A stretch of 64,000 bases of DNA from Candidatus Latescibacterota bacterium. GTDB taxonomy: Bacteria; Latescibacterota; UBA2968; UBA8231. Every line of letters starts with the position of its first letter. Position 1 is the first letter of the stretch. The notes beneath the pieces were generated by a model. That model was not told the DNA's origin and did no database searches. It was given only the letters and a program-made list of their open reading frames with translations. The translations under genes and the position numbers were made by a program. The DNA is taken from the NCBI GenBank assembly GCA_965221775.1, contig CBDCSU010000006.1, positions 1,696,001-1,760,000 on the forward strand. The letters run 5' to 3'. Of the stretch, positions 51,547 through 61,058 are shown piece by piece.

Positions 51547-53289
51547 ATGTCGCGCAACCTCATCGCCCTGCAGAACAAGTTTCTCGGTGAGGGCCGGACC
51601 GTCTACGACGAGCTGGCCCGGATCCACGAGAGCCAGGGGGCGGTCACCGACGACGACATCCTGCGGCTGGCCCGGGACCACAACCTGCCGCCGTCCCACG
51701 TGCGCGCCACGGCCAAGTTCTACGACGAGCTCGGCCAGGACCGGCCGGCCGAGCATTCCCTGAAGATCTGTATCGGCGAAGCCTGCCGCGCCGCCGGCTG
51801 CGACGCCCTCCTCTCCCGCTGCGAGGACGCACTCGGCGTAGAGGCCGGAGAGGTTTCACCCGAGGGGGCCCGCCTCGAGCACGTGGCCTGTCTCGGCTAC
51901 TGCGGACTGGGGCCCAACGCCATGGTCGATGGCGAGCCCCTTTCTCTCGCTGGCAACGGTTCCGTGGAAGATGTCCTCGACCACGTCCGCGGCGCCGGGG
52001 TGCACCGCCTCCAGGAACCGGTCAACACCATCTACGCGCCCGCCGCGGGCGAGCCCTGCGTGCTGTTGCGCCACGCCGGGCACGAGGTCCTCGGCCTGGA
52101 GCAGGCGAAGGCCCGCGGCATCTACTCGGGACTGGAGAAGGCCCTCGCCTCCATGACGCCCCAACAGGTGATCGACGAGGTCAAGGCCAGCCAGTTGAGG
52201 GGGCGCGGCGGCGCCGGGTTCCCGGCCGGGGTCAAGCTGCAGACGGTGGCCGACAGCGAAGCCCCGGACGGCTCGGGGCGCCGCTTCGTGGTCGTCAACT
52301 TCGACGAGGGCGACGCCGGGGCCTACATCGACAAGGAGCTGATCGAGCGCGACCCACATACCCAGATCGAGGGTGTGCTGCTGGCCGCCTACGCCACCGG
52401 CGCCCAACACGCCTGGATCTACGCTCGTTTCGAGTACCCCCGGGCGCGGGCCATCCTCGAGGGGGCCGTCGCCGAGGCCCGCGCCGCCGGTCTCCTGGAC
52501 AGTTGCGAGATCACCGTGGTGCGAGGCCAGGGGGCCTACATCTGCGGCGAGGAGACGAGCCTCCTGCGCTCGCTGGAGGGCCTGCCGGCGCTGGTCGGCA
52601 CGCGGCCGCCCTTCCCGGCCCAGGAGGGCCTCTGGCGCTGCCCGACGGCGGTCAACAACGTGGAGACGATCCACAACCTCCCCTGGATCGTCGAGCACGG
52701 CGGCGCGGCCTACGCGGCCCTCGGCAGCGAGAGCTCGCGCGGAACCAAGCTCCTGAGCCTCAACTCCCGCGTGCAGCGGCCCGGGCTCTACGAGGTCGAG
52801 CTGGGCACCACCCTGCGCGAGGTCATCTTCGACAAGGCCGGGGGCATGGCCGGCGGGCAGGTATTCAAGGCCGTGCAGGTGGGCGGCCCCCTCGGCGGCC
52901 TGCTGCCGGAGCCGCTCCTCGACACGCCCCTGGAGTTCGAGGCCATGGCCGCCGCCGGCGCCCTGCTGGGCCACGGCGGCATCGTCGTCTACTCGCAGGA
53001 GGACGACCTCGTGAAGATCGGCCGCGGCCTGTTCCACTTCTGCGCCGTGGAGAGCTGCGGCAAGTGCTTTCCCTGCCGCATCGGCGCCGTGCGCGGCACC
53101 GAGCTGTTCGACCAGATGATGGCGGACGGCGTCACCGACCGGCGGCTCGAGCTGCTCGGCGACCTCTGCGAGACCATGAAGTACGGCAGCCTGTGCGCCA
53201 TGGGAGGCCTGACGCCGGCGCCGATCGAGTCCCTCGTGGAGCACTTCCCCGCGGAGCTGAACCGCTACCGCCGCGAGCCGGCGGGCTGA
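51547..53289 (+). CDS. Formate dehydrogenase diaphorase subunit (NuoE-NuoF / FdsG-FdsB fusion)
   Basis: 2Fe-2S C-x4-C...CLGYC, LRGRGGAGFP, GAYICGEET, ESCGKCFPCRIG, SLC. Confidence 0.9.
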   Translation: MSRNLIALQNKFLGEGRTVYDELARIHESQGAVTDDDILRLARDHNLPPSHVRATAKFYDELGQDRPAEHSLKICIGEACRAAGCDALLSRCEDALGVEAGEVSPEGARLEHVACLGYCGLGPNAMVDGEPLSLAGNGSVEDVLDHVRGAGVHRLQEPVNTIYAPAAGEPCVLLRHAGHEVLGLEQAKARGIYSGLEKALASMTPQQVIDEVKASQLRGRGGAGFPAGVKLQTVADSEAPDGSGRRFVVVNFDEGDAGAYIDKELIERDPHTQIEGVLLAAYATGAQHAWIYARFEYPRARAILEGAVAEARAAGLLDSCEITVVRGQGAYICGEETSLLRSLEGLPALVGTRPPFPAQEGLWRCPTAVNNVETIHNLPWIVEHGGAAYAALGSESSRGTKLLSLNSRVQRPGLYEVELGTTLREVIFDKAGGMAGGQVFKAVQVGGPLGGLLPEPLLDTPLEFEAMAAAGALLGHGGIVVYSQEDDLVKIGRGLFHFCAVESCGKCFPCRIGAVRGTELFDQMMADGVTDRRLELLGDLCETMKYGSLCAMGGLTPAPIESLVEHFPAELNRYRREPAG

Positions 53290-53308
53290 CAGCAGAGGCA
53301 GACAAGCC

Positions 53309-56164
53309 ATGTCGACAGTTGTGCTGGAGCAGGACACGAGGAGCGCCGTCGAGGTCGGCCAGGCGATCCCGGCGGAGCGGGCCAAGGCGGTGGAGCCGAG
53401 GCCGGCGCAGCTCTCCGTCACCATCGACGGACAGCCGCTGCGCGTCGACGAGGGCAGTACCGTCCTCGAGGCGATCCAGGCCCTGGGCAAGTCGGTCCCC
53501 ACCCTGTGCTACTCCGACCGCATGAAGCCGTACGGCGCCTGCCGCACCTGCCTCGTGGAGCACGAGGGCCGCAAGCCCGTGGCCGCCTGCCACACGCCGG
53601 TCGCCGACGGCGCCCGCTACCGGACCTCCTCGCCGCTGATCACCCGTCTGCGCCGCAACATCACCGAGCTCATCGTCTCCGACCACCCCTTGGAGTGCCT
53701 CGACTGCACGGCCAACGGCCGCTGCGAGCTTCAGAGCCTGGCGCAGCAGGTCGGCCTGCGCACGCCGCGCTACGAGAGCCCCCGCACTCACGACCCGGAG
53801 CCGGACGACTCCCACCCCTTCATCAAGCTCGAGATGGACAAGTGCATCGGCTGCGCCCGGTGCGTGCGCGCCTGCGACGAGGTGCAGGGCTCCTTCATCC
53901 TGCAGATGTCCGGCCGGGGCTACGACACCAAGGTGATCGCCGGCAACGACACCGGCTTCGAGGAGGCCGACTGCGTCAGCTGCGGCCAGTGCGTCTTCGA
54001 GTGTCCCGTGGCCGCCCTCGAGGAGCCGGGCACCCGCGGCTTCGGCCTGCCCGACGAGACGACGACCACCACCTGCTCCTACTGCGGCGTCGGCTGCGCC
54101 CTGGACGTGCACACCAAGGACGGCCAGGTGGTCAACATCACGCCCTCGAAATCGGGATCGGCCAACCTCGGCCACACCTGCGTGAAGGGCCGCTTCGCCC
54201 ACCAGTTCGCCCACTCCGACGACCGCCTGCGCACGCCCCTGATCCGGGAGAACGGCAACTTCCGGGAAGCCGGCTGGGAGGAGGCCCTCGACCTGGTCGC
54301 TTCCAGGCTCGGCGGCATCGCCCGCGAGCACGGCCCCGACGCGGTGGCCCTCATCTCCTCGTCGCGCTGCACCAACGAGGAAAACTACCTGATGCAGAAG
54401 CTGGCCCGCGTCGGGTTGGGGACCAACTCCATCGACAACTGCTCCCGCGTCTGCCACTCGCCGTCGTCCTATGCCCTCGGCCAGGCCCTCGGCACCGGCG
54501 CCGGCACCAACAGCTTCCAGGACGTGGCCGACTCCGACGTGCTGGTCATCGTCGGCGCCAACCCGACCGAGGCGCACCCGGTCTTCGGCGCCCGCATCAA
54601 GCAGGCCGTCCTCGCCGGCTGCAGGCTCATCGTCCTCGATCCCCGCAACACCGAGATCGCGCGCCTAGCCGACCTGCACCTGCCGGTGCGCCCGGGATCG
54701 AACGTGGCCGTCATCAACGCCTTGCAGCACGTCCTGATCGAGGAGGACCTCACCGACCCCGACTTCATCGGCCGCTGCGCCGAGGGGCTCGAGGATGTGC
54801 GGTCCACGGTGGCCGAATGCACCCCCGAGTGGGCGGCGGAGATCGCCGCCATCGACCCGGACCTGATCCGCCGGGCGGCCCGTCTCTACGCCTCGGGCCA
54901 GGCCTCGCAGATCCTGTGGGGGCTGGGGGTCACCGAGGCGGGGCACGGCTCCAACGCCGTCTTCGGCATGATCAACATGGCGGTCATGACCGGCAACATC
55001 GGCCGCCCGGGCACCGGCGCCTGCCCGATCCGAGGGCAGAACAACGTGCAGGGGGCCTCGGACTCCGGCGCCTTGCCGAATGTGTTCTCGGATTACCGCC
55101 CCGTCACTGATCCCGTGGCGCGTGCCGAGCACGCCGAGACCTGGGGAGTGGAGCCGCCCGACAACGCCGGCCTGCGCATACCCGACATGTTCGACGCCGC
55201 CCACGCGGGCACCCTCAAGGCGATGTACATCCTGGCCGAAGACGTGGCCCAGTCCGACCCCGACACGAACCACGTGGTCGGCGCCATGGAGAGTCTCGAC
55301 TTCCTGGTGGTGCAGGAGATCTTCATGACCCCCACCGCCGAGCTGGCCGACGTGGTGCTGCCGGGCACGACCTTCCTCGAGAAATCGGGCACCTTCGTCA
55401 ACTCCGACCGCCGCATCCAGCGCGTCCGCCCCGCCATCGAGCCCCTGCAGGGGGCGCGCGTCGACGGCGAGGTCGTCCACGAAATCGCCCGGCGCATGGG
55501 GACCGACCTCGGCTTCGCCGACGGCGATGGCGGCGTCGATCCATCCAAGGTGATGGACGAGCTGGCCAGCCTGAGCCCGATGTGGCGGGGCGTCAGCTAC
55601 GACCGGCTGGAGGAGAAGGGATTCCTGCAGTGGCCCTGCGTCGACGCCGACGACCCGGGCAGCGACATCGTCCATCGAGACGGCGCCTTCCTGCGCGGGA
55701 AGGCGCGGCTCACGGCCACGCCCTGGCAGCCGCCGGCCGAGTTGCCCGACGACGAATACCCGTGGATGCTGACCACGGGGCGCCAGCTCTTCCACTACAA
55801 CGTGGGGACGATGACGCGCCGCACCGACCTGTCGAAGCTGAACAAGGCCGCCGAGGAGACCCTGCGCATCCACCCCGGCGACGCCCGGCGGGTCGGTTTG
55901 CGCAACGGCGATCTGGTGGAGGTGGAGTCGCGCCGCGGGGCGGTGACCGTGCGCGCCGAGGTCACCCGGGCCTCGAACAGGGGAACGGTCTTCATGACCT
56001 TCCACTTCCCCGAGTCGAGGACCAACCTCCTCACCGGCGACGGCAAGGACGAGTTCACGGGCTGCCCGGAGTACAAGGTCTGCGCCGTGCGGCTGAAGAA
56101 GGTGGCCGGCGAAGGGCCCGTCGCGACGAACGGACGCAACGGCGAGCCGGCCGCCGCCGGCTGA
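53309..56164 (+). CDS. fdhF: Formate dehydrogenase alpha subunit (Mo/W-bisPGD)
   Basis: N-terminal Fe-S clusters, CSYCGVGC, RVCHSPS (Cys ligand), RGQNNVQG, LTTGR, PEYK. Confidence 0.93.
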   Translation: MSTVVLEQDTRSAVEVGQAIPAERAKAVEPRPAQLSVTIDGQPLRVDEGSTVLEAIQALGKSVPTLCYSDRMKPYGACRTCLVEHEGRKPVAACHTPVADGARYRTSSPLITRLRRNITELIVSDHPLECLDCTANGRCELQSLAQQVGLRTPRYESPRTHDPEPDDSHPFIKLEMDKCIGCARCVRACDEVQGSFILQMSGRGYDTKVIAGNDTGFEEADCVSCGQCVFECPVAALEEPGTRGFGLPDETTTTTCSYCGVGCALDVHTKDGQVVNITPSKSGSANLGHTCVKGRFAHQFAHSDDRLRTPLIRENGNFREAGWEEALDLVASRLGGIAREHGPDAVALISSSRCTNEENYLMQKLARVGLGTNSIDNCSRVCHSPSSYALGQALGTGAGTNSFQDVADSDVLVIVGANPTEAHPVFGARIKQAVLAGCRLIVLDPRNTEIARLADLHLPVRPGSNVAVINALQHVLIEEDLTDPDFIGRCAEGLEDVRSTVAECTPEWAAEIAAIDPDLIRRAARLYASGQASQILWGLGVTEAGHGSNAVFGMINMAVMTGNIGRPGTGACPIRGQNNVQGASDSGALPNVFSDYRPVTDPVARAEHAETWGVEPPDNAGLRIPDMFDAAHAGTLKAMYILAEDVAQSDPDTNHVVGAMESLDFLVVQEIFMTPTAELADVVLPGTTFLEKSGTFVNSDRRIQRVRPAIEPLQGARVDGEVVHEIARRMGTDLGFADGDGGVDPSKVMDELASLSPMWRGVSYDRLEEKGFLQWPCVDADDPGSDIVHRDGAFLRGKARLTATPWQPPAELPDDEYPWMLTTGRQLFHYNVGTMTRRTDLSKLNKAAEETLRIHPGDARRVGLRNGDLVEVESRRGAVTVRAEVTRASNRGTVFMTFHFPESRTNLLTGDGKDEFTGCPEYKVCAVRLKKVAGEGPVATNGRNGEPAAAG

Positions 56165-56179
56165 CGCCTCAGCCGGCGC

Positions 56180-58162
56180 TCACCTCACCAAGACCATCTT
56201 CCTCACCTGCGAGACCTGTCCCTCCGCCTCCAGGCGGCACAGGTACACCCCCGAAGCCCGCCCGAAAGCGTCCCACCGGAGGGAGTGGCTGCCGGCGCCC
56301 CGGCGCTCATTCAGCAGGACCTCGGCGAGCTGCCCGTTGAGGGCGTGGACCGACAGGGTCACGTGCCGCGGTTCCGCGAGGGTGAAGCGGATGGTGGCCG
56401 CCGGGTTGAACGGATTGGGGTAGACCTCGTCCAGCGTTGCCCGCGCGGGTGCCGCCCCGTGAGCGGCTCCGGGGCCGGCGACCGATGTCGCGAAGCCTTC
56501 CTCCACTCCCTCCACCTCGATGGGCCAGCCCTCGAGTTGCTCGTGCCAGGCAGGGATCGGCAGGTTGCCGTCCTGGTCGCGGGCGTACCCGAAGATCCGC
56601 CAGCTGCCGCCGACGGCCTGCTCCGAGAGCCGGAACCTGGCCCGGAGGCGAACCCGGTGGAGGCCGCGGCCCGACCACTTGCTCGAGGCGCCGTCGACGA
56701 AGGATCCCTCGACTCCGGTGACATCGCTCCAGTCGGGGGAGCCCTCGGTCGCCCGCGAGCCGAGGGAGTCCCTGGTGCCCCGGATGAAGTAGCTCTCGGC
56801 GGCGGAGAAGTCCTGTTGCTGGAGGCGGTCCTCCCGATTCGGGGGCAGGCTCCGGGTGCGGGCGATGTGCACGCCGATCTCGGCGATGTCCCTCCAGCCC
56901 TGGGGATCGACGGCGAAGGCGTGAAGGTCGTACCAGGGGCCGGCCTCGATGCGGCGGACCCGCTCGTCCGAGTCGGGCGGGGTGACGTAGATCTGTCCGA
57001 CAAAGGGTCTGGGGCTTTCGCCGGGGTAGGGGTGCCAGGGCGCGTTGTCCATGGCGCTGTTGTGCTTGAAGAGGCGGCCGTCGACGAAGACGTTGTAAGC
57101 CACGAACCGGGTCTCGCCCTCGTACTCCCAGTCGTAGACCCACAGCAGCCGGCGCCAGGGATCGGTGTCGTTGACGTTGTCGGCGATGTAGATGTCGTGG
57201 AGGATCGCCTGGGGGATGAAGTTGCCGTTGTGCGTGGGCGGGCCGAAGTCGAGCATGCGCGAGTACCCGCCTACCTCGTAGTCGCCGCAGCCGGGGTCGA
57301 TGTAGTTGCCCGTGATCTCGATGCTGCCGCTCTTGAAGCCCATGGGCGTGGTGCGCTCGAAGATGTTGTCGCGCACCACGGCGCGTATCGTGTAGCCGCC
57401 CTGGGGGTGGATGTCGACACACGCCTGCCCCTGCACCAGGTCGTTGTCGTGGAAGTAGTTGTCCTCCACCGTGAAGCGCGTCTCGGGGCTGTTGGAGGCG
57501 ATGCCGTGACGGTTGAGGGTGAACTCGTTGCGGTAGATCGACACCTCGGAACCGCCGGACTCCATGCTCGGCCCGGAGATGGCGACCCCGTAGCCGTAGC
57601 CGTTGCGGTAGTTCTCGTGCAGGTAGCTCCCGGTGACAATGCTCCGGAGCGAGTTCCTGATGTCGACTCCCCTGAGAAAGCGGGTGATCTCGCAGTTGCG
57701 CACCACGAGCCGGTCGTGCCCGAAGACCGAGATTCCCTCGCAGGTCCCCGTCTCGTGGGTGACCACTCCCACGAGCTTCAGGCGCTCGAAGGTCACGCCG
57801 TCGCTCTCCACCTGGAAGAGGCGCAGGTCCGGGTCTTCCGTCAGGCACACGGAGGCCGCGCCGCTCCAGTACGGCGGGTCGTTCGGCTCGCCCGGCTCGA
57901 CCACGCCCACGTCCAGGAGCTCGGCAGCTCCGCGGAGGGTCAGGCTCCGGTCGATGACGACCGTCCCGGTGAAGACGTACTCGCCCGCCGGAAAGAACAG
58001 GGTGTCCCCGGCGGCGGCCGCGTACACGGCCTCCTGGACCGCCTCGCTGGTGAAACCATCGACCTGCAGGCCCGGGGCGGGACCCGCGAGCAGGAGCAGG
58101 AGGGGCAGCACGCGCACCGCCGGAACCCCGGCCTTCGAGTCGATTCTCTCCTTCGGGGTCAT
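56180..58162 (-). CDS. Secreted right-handed beta-helix protein with YPNPFN C-terminal domain (copy 1)
   Basis: Signal peptide, GDTLFFPAGEY, PbH1-like N/H repeats, C-terminal YPNPFNP...ASGVYLCRL. Confidence 0.82.
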   Translation of the reverse strand: MTPKERIDSKAGVPAVRVLPLLLLLAGPAPGLQVDGFTSEAVQEAVYAAAAGDTLFFPAGEYVFTGTVVIDRSLTLRGAAELLDVGVVEPGEPNDPPYWSGAASVCLTEDPDLRLFQVESDGVTFERLKLVGVVTHETGTCEGISVFGHDRLVVRNCEITRFLRGVDIRNSLRSIVTGSYLHENYRNGYGYGVAISGPSMESGGSEVSIYRNEFTLNRHGIASNSPETRFTVEDNYFHDNDLVQGQACVDIHPQGGYTIRAVVRDNIFERTTPMGFKSGSIEITGNYIDPGCGDYEVGGYSRMLDFGPPTHNGNFIPQAILHDIYIADNVNDTDPWRRLLWVYDWEYEGETRFVAYNVFVDGRLFKHNSAMDNAPWHPYPGESPRPFVGQIYVTPPDSDERVRRIEAGPWYDLHAFAVDPQGWRDIAEIGVHIARTRSLPPNREDRLQQQDFSAAESYFIRGTRDSLGSRATEGSPDWSDVTGVEGSFVDGASSKWSGRGLHRVRLRARFRLSEQAVGGSWRIFGYARDQDGNLPIPAWHEQLEGWPIEVEGVEEGFATSVAGPGAAHGAAPARATLDEVYPNPFNPAATIRFTLAEPRHVTLSVHALNGQLAEVLLNERRGAGSHSLRWDAFGRASGVYLCRLEAEGQVSQVRKMVLVR

Positions 58163-60150
58163 GACTCTCTCTCCTCGCTGAAGGCCCGACAGCCCTTGCG
58201 GCACCTCGGCCCCTGCGTCAACGCGGGGCATGCTGACCGGGCTCACCTGACCAGGACCATCCTCCGCACCCGCGAGACTCCGACCTCCGCCTCCAGCCGG
58301 CAGAGGTAGACCCCCGAAGCCCGCCCTGAAGCGTCCCACCTGACGGTGTGGCTCCCGGCACTCCTGGGCCCACTGAGCACGGTCTCCACAAGTTGGCCGT
58401 TGAGCGCGTGGATGGACAGGGTGACGGGCTGCGGTTCCGGGAGGGTGAAGCGGATGGTGGCCGACGGGTTGAAGGGATTGGGGTAGATCTCGTCCAGCTT
58501 CGCCCCCGCGGGTGCCGCCCCCAGACCGGCACCGGGCCCGGCGACCGACGTCGCGGCCCCTTCCTCCACGCCCTCCACCTCGATGGGCCAGCCCTCCAGC
58601 TGCTCGTGCCATGGCGGGACCGGCAGATGGCCGTCCTGGTCGCGGGCGTAGCCGAAGATCCGCCAGCTTCCGCCGACGGCCTGGTCCGACAGCCGGAACC
58701 GCGCCCTCAGTCGGACGCGGTGGCGGCCGCGGCCGGACCACTTGCTCGAGGCGCCGTCGACGTAGGATCCCTCGACTCCCGTGACGTCGCTCCAGTCGGG
58801 GGAACCCTCGGTTTCCCGCGAGTGCAGGGAGGTCCCGGTGCCGCGGATGAAGTAGCTCTCCACGGCCGAGAAGTCCTGGTGCCGGAGACGGTCCTCCGGG
58901 TCGGGAGGGAGGCTCCGGACACTTGCGATCTGCACGCCGATCTCGGCGATGTCCTCGTATCCCTGGGGGTCGACGGCGAAGGCGTGCAGGTCGTACCAGG
59001 GGCCGGCATCGATGTTGTGAACGCGTTCCTCGGAGTCGGGAAGGGTGACGTACACATGTCCCACGAAGGGGCTGGCGCTCGAGTCGGGGAAGGGGTGCCA
59101 GGGCGCCGAGGTCAGGGCGCTGTTGTGCCTGAACAGCCGGCCGTCGACGAAGACGTTGTAGGCCACGAACTTCGTCTCCCCCTCGTAGTCCCAGTCGTCG
59201 ACCCAGAGCAGCCGGCGCCAGGGATCGGTGGCGTTCACGTTGTCGGCGATGTAGATGTCGTGGAGGATCGCCTGGGGGATGAACTCCCCGTTGTGGGTTG
59301 GGATGCTGAGATCGACCATGCGGGAGTAACCGCCCACCGAGTAGTCGCCGCAGCCGGGGTCGAAGTAGTTGCCCGTGATCTCCAGGCTGCCGCTCTTGAA
59401 GCCCATGGGCCGGGTACGCTCGAAGATGTTGTCGCGCACGACCGCGCGAATGGTGTGGCCGCCCTGGGCGTGGGTATCGACGCACGCCTGCCACTCCTCC
59501 AGATCGTTGTCGTGGAAGTAGTTGTTCTCCACCGTGAAACGCGTCTCGGGGCTGTTGGAGGCGATGGAGTGGCGGTTGAAGGTGAACTCGTTGCGGTAGA
59601 TGGAGACTTCGGATCCTCCCGTGGCCATCACCGGCCCGGTGATGCTGACCCCGTAGCCGAAGCCGTTGCGGTAGTTCTCGTGCAGGTAGCTGCCGGTGAC
59701 CACGCTCCGGCGGGAGTTCATGAGATCGACCCCCTTGCGAAAACGGGTAATCTCGCAGTTGCGCACCACGAGCCGGTCGTGATCCAGGACGGCGATTCCG
59801 TCTCCACTGCCGGCCTCATGGGTGATCGCTCCCACGAGCTTGAGGTCCTCGAAGGTCACGGCCTCGCTCTCCACCCGGAAGAGCAGGAGATCGGGATCTG
59901 CGGTGATGCACACGGAGGCAGGGCCGGCCCAGTACGGCGGGTCGTTCGGCTCTCCCGGCTCGACCACGCCCACGTCCATGAGCTGCGCCGCTCCGCGAAG
60001 GGTCAGGCTCCGGTCGATGACGACGGTCCCCGTGAAGGCGTACTCCCCCGCCGGGAAGAGCAGCGTGTCCCCATCGGCAGCCGCGAACACGGCCTCCTGA
60101 ACCGCATCGCTGGTGAAGCCGTCGACCTGCAGGCCCGGGGCCGGACCCGC
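56180..60150. repeat. Diverged tandem gene duplication, about 2.06 kb unit
   Basis: Many identical nucleotide blocks offset by about 2040-2060 nt, e.g. GGCGATGTAGATGTCGTGGAGGATCGCCTGGGGGATGAA at about 57182 and 59245. Confidence 0.9.
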
Positions 60151-60222
60151 CAACAGGGAAAGGAGAGGCAGTGACCGCATCGCGCCGGCCCACGGCCGCA
60201 TCTTCTGGTTCGCCGTTGTCAT
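58243..60222 (-). CDS. Secreted right-handed beta-helix protein with YPNPFN C-terminal domain (copy 2)
   Basis: Full-length collinear paralog of 56180-58162. Confidence 0.82.
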   Translation of the reverse strand: MTTANQKMRPWAGAMRSLPLLSLLAGPAPGLQVDGFTSDAVQEAVFAAADGDTLLFPAGEYAFTGTVVIDRSLTLRGAAQLMDVGVVEPGEPNDPPYWAGPASVCITADPDLLLFRVESEAVTFEDLKLVGAITHEAGSGDGIAVLDHDRLVVRNCEITRFRKGVDLMNSRRSVVTGSYLHENYRNGFGYGVSITGPVMATGGSEVSIYRNEFTFNRHSIASNSPETRFTVENNYFHDNDLEEWQACVDTHAQGGHTIRAVVRDNIFERTRPMGFKSGSLEITGNYFDPGCGDYSVGGYSRMVDLSIPTHNGEFIPQAILHDIYIADNVNATDPWRRLLWVDDWDYEGETKFVAYNVFVDGRLFRHNSALTSAPWHPFPDSSASPFVGHVYVTLPDSEERVHNIDAGPWYDLHAFAVDPQGYEDIAEIGVQIASVRSLPPDPEDRLRHQDFSAVESYFIRGTGTSLHSRETEGSPDWSDVTGVEGSYVDGASSKWSGRGRHRVRLRARFRLSDQAVGGSWRIFGYARDQDGHLPVPPWHEQLEGWPIEVEGVEEGAATSVAGPGAGLGAAPAGAKLDEIYPNPFNPSATIRFTLPEPQPVTLSIHALNGQLVETVLSGPRSAGSHTVRWDASGRASGVYLCRLEAEVGVSRVRRMVLVR

Positions 60223-61049
60223 TCTCTCCCCCCTTCTCGGCTCGACTGGATTCCGTTGTGCCGGATCAGCAGCCGGGCCAGTTCGGGCATCGGCAGACCG
60301 ACCGCCTTCTGCCAGGCCCTGGCCCGGTGCTCCAGTGTCCCGGCAGCGGGCACGCGCCCCCCCGGCAGTCCATGGGCGACGTGGTTGCTGCGGCCGGGCA
60401 CCGGCAGGCCGAGGACGCGCTCGAAGGAGGCATGCAGGAGCTTCTGGACCCGGCCCTTCAGGTCCGTGTCGAATCCGTACCACAGGTTCGCGGAGAACAC
60501 GCCGCCGTCGGCCGTGGCCCGGCGGCAGGCGGGCAGGAAGTCGTCCTCCCGGACCACCGGCGCCATGCCCTGGCCCGTGTGCAGGTCCAGAAGGACAAGG
60601 TCGTAAGGCTCCCCGGTGTGCTCGAGGAGGAAGCGACGGCCGTCGGTGACGTGGATTTGCAGCCGGTCGTGGGACCGGGGGAGGGCGAAGAACCGCTGCG
60701 CCACCTCCACGATCCGCGGGCGCAGCTCCACCACCTCGACCCGGCAGCCGGGCAGGTGGCGCAGCAGGAACTTCACCAGGGAGCCGCCTCCCAGGCCCAG
60801 CATCAGGGCCCGCCCGGGCGGGGCTTCGCCCAGGATCAGGGCCGACATGAGGCAGCGCGTGTACTCCAGCGTCAGCTCCTCGGGGCGGTCCACGAACATC
60901 GTGCTCTGCCGCGCAGTGCTCCCGAACTGAAGGGAGAGCAGGCCCCCTTCCTCCTCCTCCACCACGTCGATGGGGCCGTGCTCGTCCTCATCGTGGAACA
61001 GAACCCGGCCGAGGTAGGGGAGCCGGCTCGAGGACCGCCAGAAGCGCAT
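60219..61049 (-). CDS. Spermidine synthase-like SAM-binding protein
   Basis: RQSTM..L.LEYTR.LM, LGLGGGSL, VVEL, DG, YDLVLLD. Confidence 0.85.
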   Translation of the reverse strand: MRFWRSSSRLPYLGRVLFHDEDEHGPIDVVEEEEGGLLSLQFGSTARQSTMFVDRPEELTLEYTRCLMSALILGEAPPGRALMLGLGGGSLVKFLLRHLPGCRVEVVELRPRIVEVAQRFFALPRSHDRLQIHVTDGRRFLLEHTGEPYDLVLLDLHTGQGMAPVVREDDFLPACRRATADGGVFSANLWYGFDTDLKGRVQKLLHASFERVLGLPVPGRSNHVAHGLPGGRVPAAGTLEHRARAWQKAVGLPMPELARLLIRHNGIQSSREGGRE

Positions 61050-61058
61050 GGTGCCCCG

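Noticed and set aside
54448-54465. Possible selenocysteine in formate dehydrogenase
   Set aside because: Active-site codon is TGC (RVCH); no in-frame TGA
56180-59494. 1104-aa ORF spanning both beta-helix genes
   Set aside because: Upstream part is an off-frame reading of copy 2; the real start is ATG 58162 with a signal peptide
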